Source of the DNA: Gracilinanus agilis
Lineage: Eukaryota
Direction: 5' to 3'
Assembly: GCF_016433145.1 (NCBI RefSeq)
Contig: NC_058132.1
Coordinates: 3,961,688-4,025,687, forward strand
Length of the DNA: 64,000 bases
Shown: one piece after another, positions 1 to 11,350 of the stretch
Layout of the letters: each line of letters starts with the position of its first letter
Numbering within the stretch: position 1 is the first letter of the stretch
Translations under genes and position numbers: made by a program
Notes under the pieces: generated by a model
Database searches by the model: none
The model's input: only the letters and a program-made list of their open reading frames with translations
Told to the model about the DNA's origin: nothing

Positions 1-51
1 CGGGCGGGCGCCGGGGGCCGCGGGGGGCCCTCACTCCCGTTCCCTCCGCAG

Positions 52-168
52 GCCTGCCAGAGGGGGAACTCCCAACACCTGGAACACCTGCTGTTCTACG
101 GAGCCGAGCCGGGCGCCCAGAACGCGTCGGGGAACACGGCCCTCCACATCTGCGCCCTCTACAACAAG
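52..168 (+). CDS. SHANK1: SHANK1 exon (ankyrin repeats): ACQRGNSQHLEHLLFYGAEPGAQNASGNTALHICALYNK; gene begins upstream of the window
   Basis: AG at 50-51, GT at 169-170, 117 nt phase 0/0; near-identical to recalled human SHANK1 ankyrin region (H>N in RGHSQ). Confidence 0.97.
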
Positions 169-711
169 GTCTGGCCCGCCCCGCCGCCCCTCCGCCCCCA
201 GGCCTGCCAGGCTGTGCCCGCGGGGCCGGCCTTTCACTTCCCCGGGCGGGGCGGGAGTGCGCCGAAGGGTTAACCCTGCCCCGGGCAGCGCTTCGGCTAC
301 ATCCCCTCCCCGGGGCGTAGGCACGCGCCGTGTCCCAGAATCCCTCCCGCGGAGGGAGCGGGGGATCTAGGCCGCCCGGCCGAGAGCATCTGGCTGCTCT
401 TACATACCTCCGGCGTCGGGAAGCTCATCACCCGCCTCCCCCTCCCCTCCCCCCAGCAGCCATTAGCGAGGGCTCCCTCGTGTCCGTCCCTTCTCCCCAC
501 CGGTGCCTTCTAAGGGCCTGCCGCTGCCCTCCGCGGTCCCGCCCTGGTCCCCGGCCATCGTCCCCCATGACTTCCCCCAGGTCTGGCCAGAGCAGCCCCC
601 CCCATCTCCATGCCGGTTCTGTTTACGTGCCTGAGATCAAGGTCAGATGGAGCTTGGGGTCTGCTTAACTCCTCAGATCTTTTTCACACGGAAGGAACCT
701 TGTGTCCTGTC

Positions 712-918
712 GAGGCAGCTGGCGGTGCAGTGGTTAAAGCCCAGAACGGGGAGTCAAGGAGGCCAGAATTCAAATTCTGCCTCCCATGCTTAGTAGCTGG
801 GTGACCCTGGGCAAGTCATTAACAGCCGCCTGCCTGCCTGCGTTTCCCCAGGGTTGTTATAAGGCTAAAACGAAATCATATCTGTAAAGCACAGTGCCTG
901 GCACACAGCAGGCCCTCT
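712..918 (+). mobile_element. CORE-SINE (MIR/MAR type)
   Basis: tRNA-like head, core gctgggtgaccctgggcaagtcattaac, tail gtaaagcacagtgcctggcaca. Confidence 0.8.
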
Positions 919-1099
919 GTGGAGGCTTCCGTCCTCTCTGTGCTGCATTCTGGGTCAAACTGATATTTATCGTCGGAGGGAGCCTTGAATGTCATTCCAA
1001 TAAGCCCATTCCATTGTTCACCCTCTTGAGATCGTTTTGGTTCTACCTGCTGTCCCAGATGAAAAATGAGGGAGGGAAGAAGCCCAGATGTGCTCCCGA

Positions 1100-1795
1100 G
1101 CAGCTGATGGGTGTCATCTGGGAGAGCCGGAGCAGAGAAGGCACCGAAGGGAAGAGGCCAAGAAGAGAGTCTGAGGTCCTGAGGCTGACCTCGATTCCTG
1201 ACCTCAGTCTGCAGAGAGAGCCCGTGAGGGCCCAAAAGAGAGCCCGAGAGAGCCAATGAGAGAGCTGGAGAGAGCTCAAGAGAACCCAAGAGAGCCAGAG
1301 AAAGTCTGAAAGAGCCCCTGAGAGAGCCAGAGACAGCTTAAGAGAACCCTTGATAACCCAAGAGGGAGCTGGAGAGACCCCAAGAGAGCCCCTGAGAGAA
1401 CCCATGAGAATCTGCGAGAGCCCAAGAAAGTGCATGAGAGAGAGCCCAAGAGAACCCAAGAGAGCAACCGTGAGAATCAATGAAAGCCGGAGAAAGCGTG
1501 TGAGAGAACCCAAGAGAGCCAGAGAAAGTCTGAAAGAGACCCTGAGAGAGCCAGAGACAGCTTAAGAGAACCCTTGATAACCCAAGAGGGAGCTGGAGAG
1601 ACCCCAAGAGAGCCCCTGAAAGAACCCATGAGAATCTGCGAGAGCCCAAAGTGCATGAGAGAGAGCCCAAGAGAGCCCAAGAGGGAGCTGGAGAGACCCC
1701 AAGAGAGCTCAAGGGAACCCGTGAGAGCCCCTGAGAGAACCCAAGAGAACCCGTGAGAGCCCGAGAAAGTGCACGAGAGAGAGCCCAAGAGAGCC
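1100..1795. repeat. T-poor AG-rich imperfect tandem array (GAGAGCCCAA-like units) with a ~224-bp higher-order duplication
   Basis: Block gaacccaagagagccagagaaagtctgaaagag starts at 1282 and at 1506. Confidence 0.9.
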
Positions 1796-2630
1796 CCCCA
1801 GCACCTCTCGTTTCAGGGCAGCCATTAGTAGCTGGGTGACCCTGGGCAAGTCATTAACAGCCGGAGGGGATGCTGGGGATGGGAACGAAGCCTCTGGGGA
1901 AGCAGCCGGGGATTCCTGGTGGTGGAGGAGGGGCAGAGCCGCAGGCTGGGAGCCGGGGAGGACCCCGAGTGGATGGAGGTCTTGGGCGGAGGCCGTGAGC
2001 TCGGGCTGGATGGAAGCCGAGGAAGGTCTGGCCTCGGGTGGAGGCTCAGAGAGCTGCCCGGCGGCCCGTCACTTCGGCTGCTTTGGTAAATCCGAGAGGC
2101 GATGCCACCTCCGGTCTGGGGCTCTGGCTGGGGGCCTGCTGGGGAATCTGGGATGCGCCCTGGTGGCTGCCCTGGGAGAAGGGAGGAGCTCTCCTTCCAA
2201 AGTCAGTCTTGGGGTCAAGCACAACCTGCTGGGGCTCAGAAGCACCGGAGTCTCGGGGTTCCGCTCAGGCTGGCGCCTTTCCCCGGACGGGGTTCCTGCC
2301 CGGGCCGTCGGGCGCCATCTTGAAGACGAATGGAAACTGGCCCAAGCTGAGCCTTGAACAGTGGGGCTGGCGCTCCCCGAGAGGCCTGACCCCCGGCGAC
2401 TCCGCCCGGCCGAGCCTCTCTCCTCTGCCCCCAGACTCCCCTCGGGAAGGGCAGGCCGCCATCTTGCTCCTGGGGCTCCCCAGCCGGACTCCACGAGCCT
2501 GCCCGGGGCTGCTCCTCTGCCTCCTTCGGGCACGGGAGGAACCGCTGCCTGGAATGCTCTCCATCTCTCTCCCTGCACTTCCCGCTCAGACTCAGGCCTG
2601 CCGATCACTGCCGAGGCAGAAGAGCCAGAA

Positions 2631-2712
2631 GGGTTAGCCAGTGACTTGGCCAGGATTTGAACCCAGGACCTTCCGTGTCTGGCTCTCCATCTGCCAAGCC
2701 CCCCAGCTGCCT
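2631..2712 (-). mobile_element. tRNA-derived SINE 5' fragment
   Basis: ggatttgaacccaggacc...ccccccagctgcctc, reverse of the marsupial SINE head. Confidence 0.7.
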
Positions 2713-4063
2713 CTGCCCTCTCCCCATCCCCAGAGAGCCGGGGCCTCGTGTCTCTCGTCCTCCGTCACCTCAGCTGTAAAACGGGGCACAGCGTCGGCTA
2801 TCGGGGCTCGCGAGGCCGCCCTCAGAGCCTCAATAAAGCTGAGGCGAGAGATGGTGCAGGCTGGCCCCGGGTCTTACCGGGCTCTTCATCTCTCCGGGAT
2901 TCCGGCTGCACTAAGACTTTGGGACACTCGGTCGGTGCCGCTCCTGTCATTCCTGCCATTGTTGGTGTCACCCTTCGAGGCTCCGTTTGGAGGCGAACAC
3001 CTCCAGGAAGCCAGCCCCGGGGCCCTCTCCGGGCTCTCTTCAGCCTCCGAAGGCTGGCCGCTAAGGGCCTCCCAGGAAGCCGTGCATCCCCCTGGACGGA
3101 GCCCAAGTCCGCTGTGGAGGAGCGCAGAGTCTCCTGGGGAAGGAGGAGGAGCTTTCCTGGACGGACGCCAGAGACGGTTCCCTGAGCTGCCTGCGGCGGT
3201 GCAGGAGCCTCTCTGAGCCATGGCCTGGGCCCATCCGGGGGCTGTGTTGGCAGGAGAGATTCTCTCCCAGCGTGCCTCGCTCTCAGGTCTGCCTCCGTTG
3301 CCTTTGAGAGCCTCCTGGCCTTCCACCGTCGAGGGAGCCGACCCCTGGCTGGGCTGGGCCCTGGTCCATGCCTGAACCTCTACTCGAAGGCTGGGGAGCC
3401 CAGGCTGACTCATGGAGAGGCCGGGAGGCGTCTTGTGTGTCTGGACTTGAATCCAGAACCTGTGGGTAGAGATTCTCGAAGGCTCCCCTGGCCCTGCCAG
3501 ATTCTCCTGGGGAGGGGCTGGCAGGCAGGCAGCAGACCCTTCTCAAGGGCACCCTGCGGGGTCTTTGGGGGTACAGAGAACCAGCCCAGAAAGACACTCG
3601 GCCCCCCCCATTGGCCCCCACTGACCGGGCACTTCCAGGGCCCTGGCTAGGCTTCACCACTGGACTGGAAGCTCCTCGAGGGCAACGCCAGGACCCAAAG
3701 GATCCCCATCCCGCCCCCCCCCCAGGGTCTACCGCGGGCCTGGCTTAGTCTTAATGAGTGTTCGTTACATGGATGAAGCCGGACCAAGAGGCCAGAGGGA
3801 GGGAGCGGGTTTGAGAGGGCATCTTTCATGGTGGAGATGCAGCAGGCTGAGGGTCGAGGGATGGCCCCCATCTTGGCTGGGTGCAACACGGGATCCCCCC
3901 AGCCTTCAGCCCCGTGAATTGGTTCTGATCTTCTCATGTCCACCCCCTTCCCCATCCTTCACACCGTACCACTCCCTTTGGGATGCCCCAGATCTGCCTG
4001 GGGTCTGTTTTCCTACCCTGGTCTGCCCTTAACCCTGAACCTCTCCCCCCCCCCTGCCTGCAG

Positions 4064-4141
4064 GAGACATGCGCCCGCATCCTCCTCTACCGGGGGGCCA
4101 ACAAGGAGGTGAAGAACAACAACGGGCAGACGCCTTTCCAG
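4064..4141 (+). CDS. SHANK1: SHANK1 exon (ankyrin): ETCARILLYRGANKEVKNNNGQTPFQ
   Basis: cctgcctgcag|GAG ... CAG|gtaagg; 78 nt phase 0/0. Confidence 0.97.
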
Positions 4142-4178
4142 GTAAGGGACCCTGGAGACGTTGGGGCAGAGGTGAGGT

Positions 4179-4375
4179 NNNNNNNNNNNNNNNNNNNNNN
4201 NNNNNNNNNNNNNNNNNNNNNNNNNNNNNNNNNNNNNNNNNNNNNNNNNNNNNNNNNNNNNNNNNNNNNNNNNNNNNNNNNNNNNNNNNNNNNNNNNNNN
4301 NNNNNNNNNNNNNNNNNNNNNNNNNNNNNNNNNNNNNNNNNNNNNNNNNNNNNNNNNNNNNNNNNNNNNNNNNNN
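4179..4375. other. Assembly gap (197 N)
   Basis: N run. Confidence 0.99.
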
Positions 4376-5617
4376 AGAGACATAGGAAGGAAGGGAGGGA
4401 GGGAGGGAGGGAAGAAGGAAGGAAGCCAGAAAAGGAGGAAGGAAAGGAGGGAAGGAGGAAGGGAGGGCGAGAGATGGATAAAAGAAAACAGGAGATGTGC
4501 AAGTAACAAGAGCTTAGCAGGAGAAAAGGGAAATTGGAAGAGTTGGGAGAGGGATATTGGAGACATATAAGACAAGAAGATGGCGGAGATGAAAGAGGGG
4601 CTAGGAAAAGTCAGGGGATGGCAAAGATGGAAGGGGGGATGGGGATAGGGGTGGTGGGAAGAATGGAGAGGAGAGATAGAAGGAAGTTAGGAGGAGGGAT
4701 GATAGGGAGATGGCCAACAAGTCGATGAGTATGAAGCGTAGACTGTGTCGGGGAGTCTGCTAGTGCTAAGGACGATGCAAAGGAAGTCAAAAGGTAGCCT
4801 CTGGCAAGGAGTTTGGTCACAGAAACGACATGCAAAGCACCATGCCCAAACCAGGCACGTGTGAGATAACTTACAGCTCATCCGCGGAGAGAAGACCTTA
4901 GTAGAAAGGGGGCTGGAGACTTCTCCCAGAAGGTGGGGTTTAGCTGAGATTGGAAGGAAGTCAGGGAAGGGAGGAGGCAGAGATGAGGAGGGAGAGCACT
5001 GAGGAGGGGGATGGCCAGAGAAAATGCATGGAGCATCATCTTCAAGGAACAGCAAGAAAGGCGATGTCACTGGATTGCATATGGTAGAGGAGAAATAGAA
5101 GAATGAGCGAAAGACAGTAGCGAGAGCTTGACCAGAGAAGAGAGAAGGAGGACTTAGTAGAGAGAGAAATGATTGAAGGAACAGGGAGGGAGGTCAAGGC
5201 CACAACAGAAAGGAGAACAAGAGGTGGGAGGATTGAGGAAGAAGAGGGATGAGAGGAGAAGGCAGCACTGGAGGAGGCACTGGAGAAGGTAGGGAAGGAT
5301 AATGAGTTGGAAGGGACAAGAAGGGCGAAGAGTACTAGGGGAAGCCAGGGTAGTGGGCGGAAGACGGGGAAATAAAGGAGAGGAGTGAGAGCAGAAGGGG
5401 GCATTTAGGGAGAGGGGTGGTTGGAGAATGGGGGTGATGTGGAAGGGGCTGAAGAAAGGGAGAAGAGAGACCTGGGAAGAGCTTGAGGGTGCTCCTAGAG
5501 GACCACGTCTCATTAGCAAAGTTTTGGGGAGCAGGACAGAGCTAGGCTTGCTGCCATGATTGTTCTTACCTGGCCCCTGGGGTCACCTCCTCTCTTCTCT
5601 GTCCCCATCTGGGCCAG

Positions 5618-5684
5618 GTGGCTGTAATAGCTGGCAACTTTGAGCTGGGGGAGCTGATCCGAAACCATCGGGACCAGGATGTGG
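5618..5684 (+). CDS. SHANK1: SHANK1 exon (last ankyrin): VAVIAGNFELGELIRNHRDQDV(V)
   Basis: ccag|GTG ... GTG G|gtgagt; 67 nt phase 0/1. Confidence 0.97.
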
Positions 5685-6667
5685 GTGAGTGAAGCGGGAG
5701 CTGGAGCTTGGGTCGGTGGGGGGTGGCCAGACTGGATGGAACCTGTGTGGAACTGGATGGCATCTGATTTTAGGGGTAGGGTGATGGAGGGATACAGGGC
5801 TGAGGGAGAGTTCTGGGCACTGGGGGTGGGCTGTGTTTGCCCTTACCCATGCTCAACTCCTCCTTTTCCCCTCCCTCCCTCCCATCTCTGCTTCTATCTC
5901 CCCCACAAACAACTTCCTCACATCTTTTCATTTCTCCACCTTTCCACTCTTACCATCCTGCTTTCCTTTCCCCTCTTTCCCTCCTAATTTTCTTTTCATA
6001 TTTTCCCTCTTTTATCTGTGTCCCTCTTCACCTTCCTTTTCCTTATCCCTATCTACCTTCTCTCTAATTTCTTTCCAACTCTCTCTTTCTTTATATTTTC
6101 ACATCCCTCTTTTCCTCCGTCATCTCTTTCCCCACTCTTCCATCCTTGATTTGTTCCTCCCTTCCTCTCCTCTCTTATGTCTCTTTCCCCATCTCTTTTC
6201 AACTCCCTCATCCATGTCTCTTCATTTCCACCTCAAACTCATCTATCTCTACGCTCACCTTGCTGTTCTTCCTCATTGCTTTTTCTCTCACCTTGCTGCT
6301 TTCCCCCACGTCCTTTTCACTTACCCACGTCCCCCTTTCTTATCTCTCCTTATCTCCATTTTCTCCTTTCTTCATTTCCCTCCCTCTTTTCTCTCATCCC
6401 TTTCTCTATCTTCCCAACATCATTTTCTCCCCATTGCTTCCTTTCTCACACATCTACCCATCTTCTCCCTCCTTCATCTCATCTCCTGTCCTCTCTTTGA
6501 TCTCCCGTTTCCTAATTTCCTCTCTCCTCCATCTCCCTTTCCCCCATCTCCTCTCTCTTCCCTTTCCCCTCTCATCTCCTCTTTTTGGTCTCTCTTCTTT
6601 CCCCCACCATCTTCACCAATCCTCGTCTCTCCCCAAATCTCTCTCCCTCTTTAACCCACCCTACTAG

Positions 6668-6986
6668 TCCCCTTCCAGGAGTCCCCCAAGTATGCAGCCC
6701 GGCGGAGGGGGGGTCCACCAAGCACAGGGCTGACAGTACCCCCGATGCTGCTCCGTGCTAACAGCGACACCAGCATGGCACTGCCTGATTGGATGGTGTT
6801 TTCACCCTCTGGGCCCCCTGGCCCTGCCCCAGCGGCCCCAGCTCCGACTACCCCCTCTACCCCAGGCACCAAACTCAGCACTGGCACCTTGAGGAGTGCC
6901 AGCAGCCCTCGGGGTGCCCGGGCCCGCTCCCCTTCCCGAGGGAGGCACCCAGAGGAGGCAAGGAGGCAACCCCGGGGACGGCCCAG
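6668..6986 (+). CDS. SHANK1: SHANK1 exon: (V)PFQESPKYAARRRG...LLRANSDTSMALPDWMVFS...RSASSPRGARARSPSRGRHPEEARRQPRGRP(S)
   Basis: ctactag|TC ... CCC AG|gtaggg; 319 nt phase 1/2; SHANK1-specific linker. Confidence 0.96.
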
Positions 6987-8059
6987 GTAGGGGGAACTAC
7001 TGATATCCCCCAAATCCTTTTTCCTTTTCCCAATCCCTCCTTCCTCATGAATGGCCAAGAAGACCCTAATCCCTCTCCTCCAATGGGGGAACCCTTCTTT
7101 TCCCCAGTTGGCCAAGAAAGCCCCTGATACTCCACCACTCTTCCCACAACCACACTTTCTTTCCCCATGAACATTCAGGTAAATCTCCACCTCCCCTAGC
7201 CTCTTCTCCCACTCCCAACATTCCCTTTCCTGATAGGAACTGCTGATCTTCACCCCTCTCCCTGTTCCCAAAGCCCTCCTTCCCCCTTCCCTCATTCTCC
7301 ATACTCCCCTTTCCTATGGACATCCAGGAAAGCACCCCTTCCCAACTCCCATGTACATCCCTCTTCCTTCCCACTTCCTCTTGAATAGGAAATCTCCCTA
7401 TTCCTCTTTTCCCATGACTGTCCCCAGTATCCTTGTCTCTTCTCCCCAATGGAGGCCAGACCAGCCTCTAACCTTCCCATCCATCCTCCCCACAATCCAC
7501 TCTCCCTCCCCCCAGATCTCCACAAATTGTTTATCCTCCATAGATTCCCCCAGCCCCTTCCTCATGGACTTCCATGGGTCCCTTACCCCTGGGTTTTTCC
7601 TAGTCCAACTCCTTCCCTTTTCCTGGATGGTTAGGGAAACCTCCAGCTCTCCCTTACCTTGCTTTCCTGGAGAAACTCGTATTATTGCTAACTTCCAGCC
7701 TCTGTCCCCCAAATCACTCCTGTTTCATCCCGTCCCTAACTTGCTCCCTCCTTATCACAGAATCCTAGGCATGGCCAACTCCCCAGATGCCCAGATTGCT
7801 TTTCTGGACCCCTTCACTGCCTCCACTTCTTTCCAAGTACTCACTGAACATATGCTATGTGTAGAGCCCTCTGCCCAGCCTTAGAAAGGAGGCACTTCCT
7901 TAGAGTAAGCCTAGGAAGAGGGAGGGGAACTGTCTAAGGATCCATGGCACCTGGCAAGAGGTCTCCACTAGAGTGCCATAGGTCTCTTTCCCCGGGGCCC
8001 CATTTTGTTCAGCATGTAGACAGTGTGCTTCTCCGAGGCAGAAATGTCAAAGAGCTGGG

Positions 8060-8770
8060 AAGGACAGTTACTAGGCTGGAGGAGATCTCGGCAGGCTAGA
8101 ACCACAGGCTACTGGATCGATGATTTTAAGCTGGAAGCGAATAGGAATAAGTATAAAACTATACTCCTGGGACTCAAGAAGCAAACTGCCCAAAGACAGG
8201 ACAGGGGAGGTGTGGCAGGACTCTACTTCAGAAGAAGAAATGCTTGGGGGTCTCAATGGGCTACAAGCTCAATAGGAACCCCAGAAGCAAATTCCTCTTT
8301 TGGCTGTCTGATGAGAAGTTGTGTTCAGAATGAAGGGGGGACCGTCTGAAGTCTCCTGCCCTAGAGTACTACACTAGCCACTTGGTTCAGGACTAGGAAG
8401 ACCCTTGACAACTGGGAACCATCTAGGGGATGGTGACTGGTGGTCACTGGGAGGGAAAGAAGGAGCTCCAAACCATGGCTGCTGAGGGTCTGCTAAAGGA
8501 AGCCCTGGGGTGCAGACTCACTGGTCTCCACTTCCTCAGGGGTTGTCTTGTAGGACAGGGCTTGCTCATTCATCGGAGAAGAGAAGCAGGAGTGAGGATA
8601 GCAAGTTTAAGGGAGGTGGAGTTGAGTTTAATATTAAAAACAAACCAGCAACTTCCTAGAAATAGACTTGGCCCGAAGTGGGAACGGGGTGCTCAGAGGA
8701 GCCAGTTCTCCATCCTTGCGGGTCTGGATGCCTGCCCATGTGTGCAAGATGCTTTAGATGAGGTCTGCAG
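8060..8770 (+). mobile_element. Degraded L3/CR1 LINE 3' portion
   Basis: Resembles CR1 RT end and 3' UTR (tgggggtctcaatgggctacaagctcaata; ggaagacccttgacaactgg). Confidence 0.65.
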
Positions 8771-9205
8771 CTTGGGGAGGATCAGGCTGGTCCCTCGAGT
8801 CTCCTTCAGCTCTGATATTCTGCGATTTCTAAGAGGGCAGGATAGGCCATTCTGTAGAAGCCCACAAGTACCAAACAAAGGCATCTGGGCTTGTTTTGGG
8901 GGGCTGTAGGGAGCCACGGATGTTTCCTGAGCAGGGTAGGGACATGGCCAGAGTGTGCGAGTATGAGGAAATTCTATGAAAAAAGACCCCAAAGGGAGAT
9001 ATTGGTGCCTTGGGGTGGGAGTATCTATGGAGACAGACAGAAGTCCCTGACTGCCCCTCCCTGACTCTCTGTTCCCTTCCCATTAGAGTTCCTACCAAAG
9101 GTCCTTCCACTCAAGGTGTCCCAAGCCCCCTCCCTCCCCCTCCCTTACCCCTTGGTGCCCCTCTGCACATTACCTTTCCCTCAACACTCCTTATATATAT
9201 CCCAG

Positions 9206-9399
9206 TTCCAGTGGGACACCCAGAGAGGGGCCATCTGGGGGCACAGGGGGATCCGGGGGCCCTGGGGGCTCCCTGGGAAGCCGGGGACGGCGACGGAAGC
9301 TCTACACAGCAGTACCAGGACGCTCCTTCATGGCCGTGAAGCCATACCAGGCCCAGGGCGAGGGAGAGATCTCCCTGAGCAAGGGAGAGAAGATCAAAG
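9206..9399 (+). CDS. SHANK1: SHANK1 exon (SH3 N-half): SSGTPREGPSGG...RRRKLYTAVPGRSFMAVKPYQAQGEGEISLSKGEKIK
   Basis: cccag|T TCC ... AAA G|gtaaca; 194 nt phase 2/1. Confidence 0.97.
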
Positions 9400-10269
9400 G
9401 TAACAGGGGCTGGGGAGGCGGGATGGGGTTGGTTGGCACGTCGGGGTGGGGGAATCATCTCCCAAGTATTTTTGGAGTGCCTACTATGCGCAAGGGCCCC
9501 GAGGATGCAGATAAGCAAGCATGGCCCCCACTTCGGGAACTTTCGTCTAGCTGGGGAGACAGGACATGCATGTAAAATGATACAAACACACAGAAGATTG
9601 AATGGCATCTGGAACCAAAGCTATTGGGAACCTGCCCTTAAGGGATCAGACAGGTCCTAAGGAGTTTTACCCGAGGGGGAAATAGAGGTTAAAGGACTTG
9701 CCCAAGGGCACACCGCAGGGCTTTTAAGTGCAGGCAGTGGGGCTGCCCAGGCAGGGCTCTGGGGTCTGAAGGGAATGGAATCTTGGATGTGTCACTGCCA
9801 CGGGAAGGTGGCTAGTGCTCACCAACCAAGGGCAGCAGAGATCTGGCAGGCTCTGGCTAGCTGGAGAGTCCAGGGACCAATCATAGGACTGTTATCTGAG
9901 AGCCAGACTGGCAGGGTGGAGGGCACCAACCGGATGTATATTGGTAGAGCCAGGCCCTACCTGGATGAGAGCATCCCTGATCTACTCGTTGGGCAGAGGG
10001 AAGCGGTTCCTGCCCTCAGGGAGCTGCCAGGGCCTTCAGTGGGCTCCCTCTCCCACCAGCACAGATGTTCAGGAGAGATGCCAGATGAATACAGATGTTG
10101 AAACAAATAACCACAATAACTGCTATCTGTAGCAGCTGTATGAGGTAGGGAGGGCCAAAGCCATCTCCCCATTTTACAGATGAGGAAACAGAGAAAGGAA
10201 CCGTCTTGGCCAAGTAATTGTCGGGGCTTCCCTGCTCCCATACAGCCCTCTTTCTGTGATGCCACAGTT

Positions 10270-10830
10270 CCACTCTAATTCCAGGAAATCCTGCAAATAT
10301 TTACCAAACTGTAGAATAAACAGAGGTGGCCTCGTCCCTGCCCTCCAGGGCTTGCTCACAGTATGACAAGGGACTCAGCACAGATGCTGACATGAATCCT
10401 ATGGACCCAGCTGGTCAAGGAAGTCTTCCCTGAGAGGCCAACGATATACCAAGAAGTGTCAACAAGGGGTTAAATGCCATAGTGGAGGAAAGGAGGGATT
10501 GGGACTGGGAGTGAGCTCCAAAGGTCTCAGCAGATGGAAGGAAGGCAGGGAAGCCATTGGAGTTGAGGGAAGAGGATAAACCACATTCTGGAAGATGAGA
10601 AGTTCTAGGATTGTTTGAGGGATGGCAACCACCCCAGGTCTGCTGCCCGATGGGGCACGTGACGGCCTGTGTAAAGACAGGGCAGGGACAGCGTACTTAT
10701 GGAGAGCCCTGAATGTCAGGTTAAGGAAATGGATTTTGTAGGCAATTGGGAGCCCTGCAGGGGACTTGAGTAGAAGTCCGAATAGAGATCGAGGTGGGAG
10801 TAGAGGCACTTTGGCCAAAGGGGGACACTC
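10270..10830 (-). mobile_element. Degraded L2 fragment
   Basis: L2 3' region motifs (ggcaattggggagccctgcagggg; aggttaaggaaatggattttgtagg). Confidence 0.55.
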
Positions 10831-10849
10831 ATCAGTTTCCCACCATCCC

Positions 10850-11350
10850 TAATCCTTGGTTTTGAAGAGGACCGATGACAGGCGACATCTTGACTTTTGA
10901 GAGAATCGGCTTGAAGCAAAGTAGAGTCTCTCCCAGTTGTCAGCCTCTGTCTCTCCTCCAGAATCATGGAAGTCCAGTGGCTAGGCCAAAGTCAGGATGA
11001 CTGCTGATGGCCTGCGATCAAAGGACGATTGTGGAGCCTTCCATGTCTGACCAGGCTCTGAGGGCTTCAGGGCACCTGCTTCAGCCACCTTCACGGCCGC
11101 TGGAACAAATGGTTCTGGTTTGCCCATTCTGCTGGGGGAAGCCTTTGCGTTCTCCCTCAGTTACTGGTGGGTTTGAGACTTCTGTTACCTTCGGCCCGGT
11201 TTAGCCCGTCTGCTGAGACAGTCTTACCTGGCCGCGGCCACTGCTCTGCTCTAGGTTCATGGAGCCACAGATGAGAGTTGGGTGAGAGATAACCACCCAA
11301 AGTGGATGAGCAGCCTTGGAAAGGCTCAGCTAGGCCTCCCTGACCACTCC
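10850..11350 (+). mobile_element. RTE-related marsupial SINE (WALLSI4-like)
   Basis: tttgaagaggaccgatgac ... ggatgagcagccttggaaaggctc matches recalled WALLSI4 layout. Confidence 0.6.

Noticed and set aside
1043-1788. Several repetitive ORFs on both strands
   Set aside because: Translations of the AG-rich tandem array
5833-6654. 273-aa ORF and overlapping L/S/P/F-rich ORFs
   Set aside because: Artefact of a pyrimidine-rich tract that lacks stop codons; lies within a SHANK1 intron
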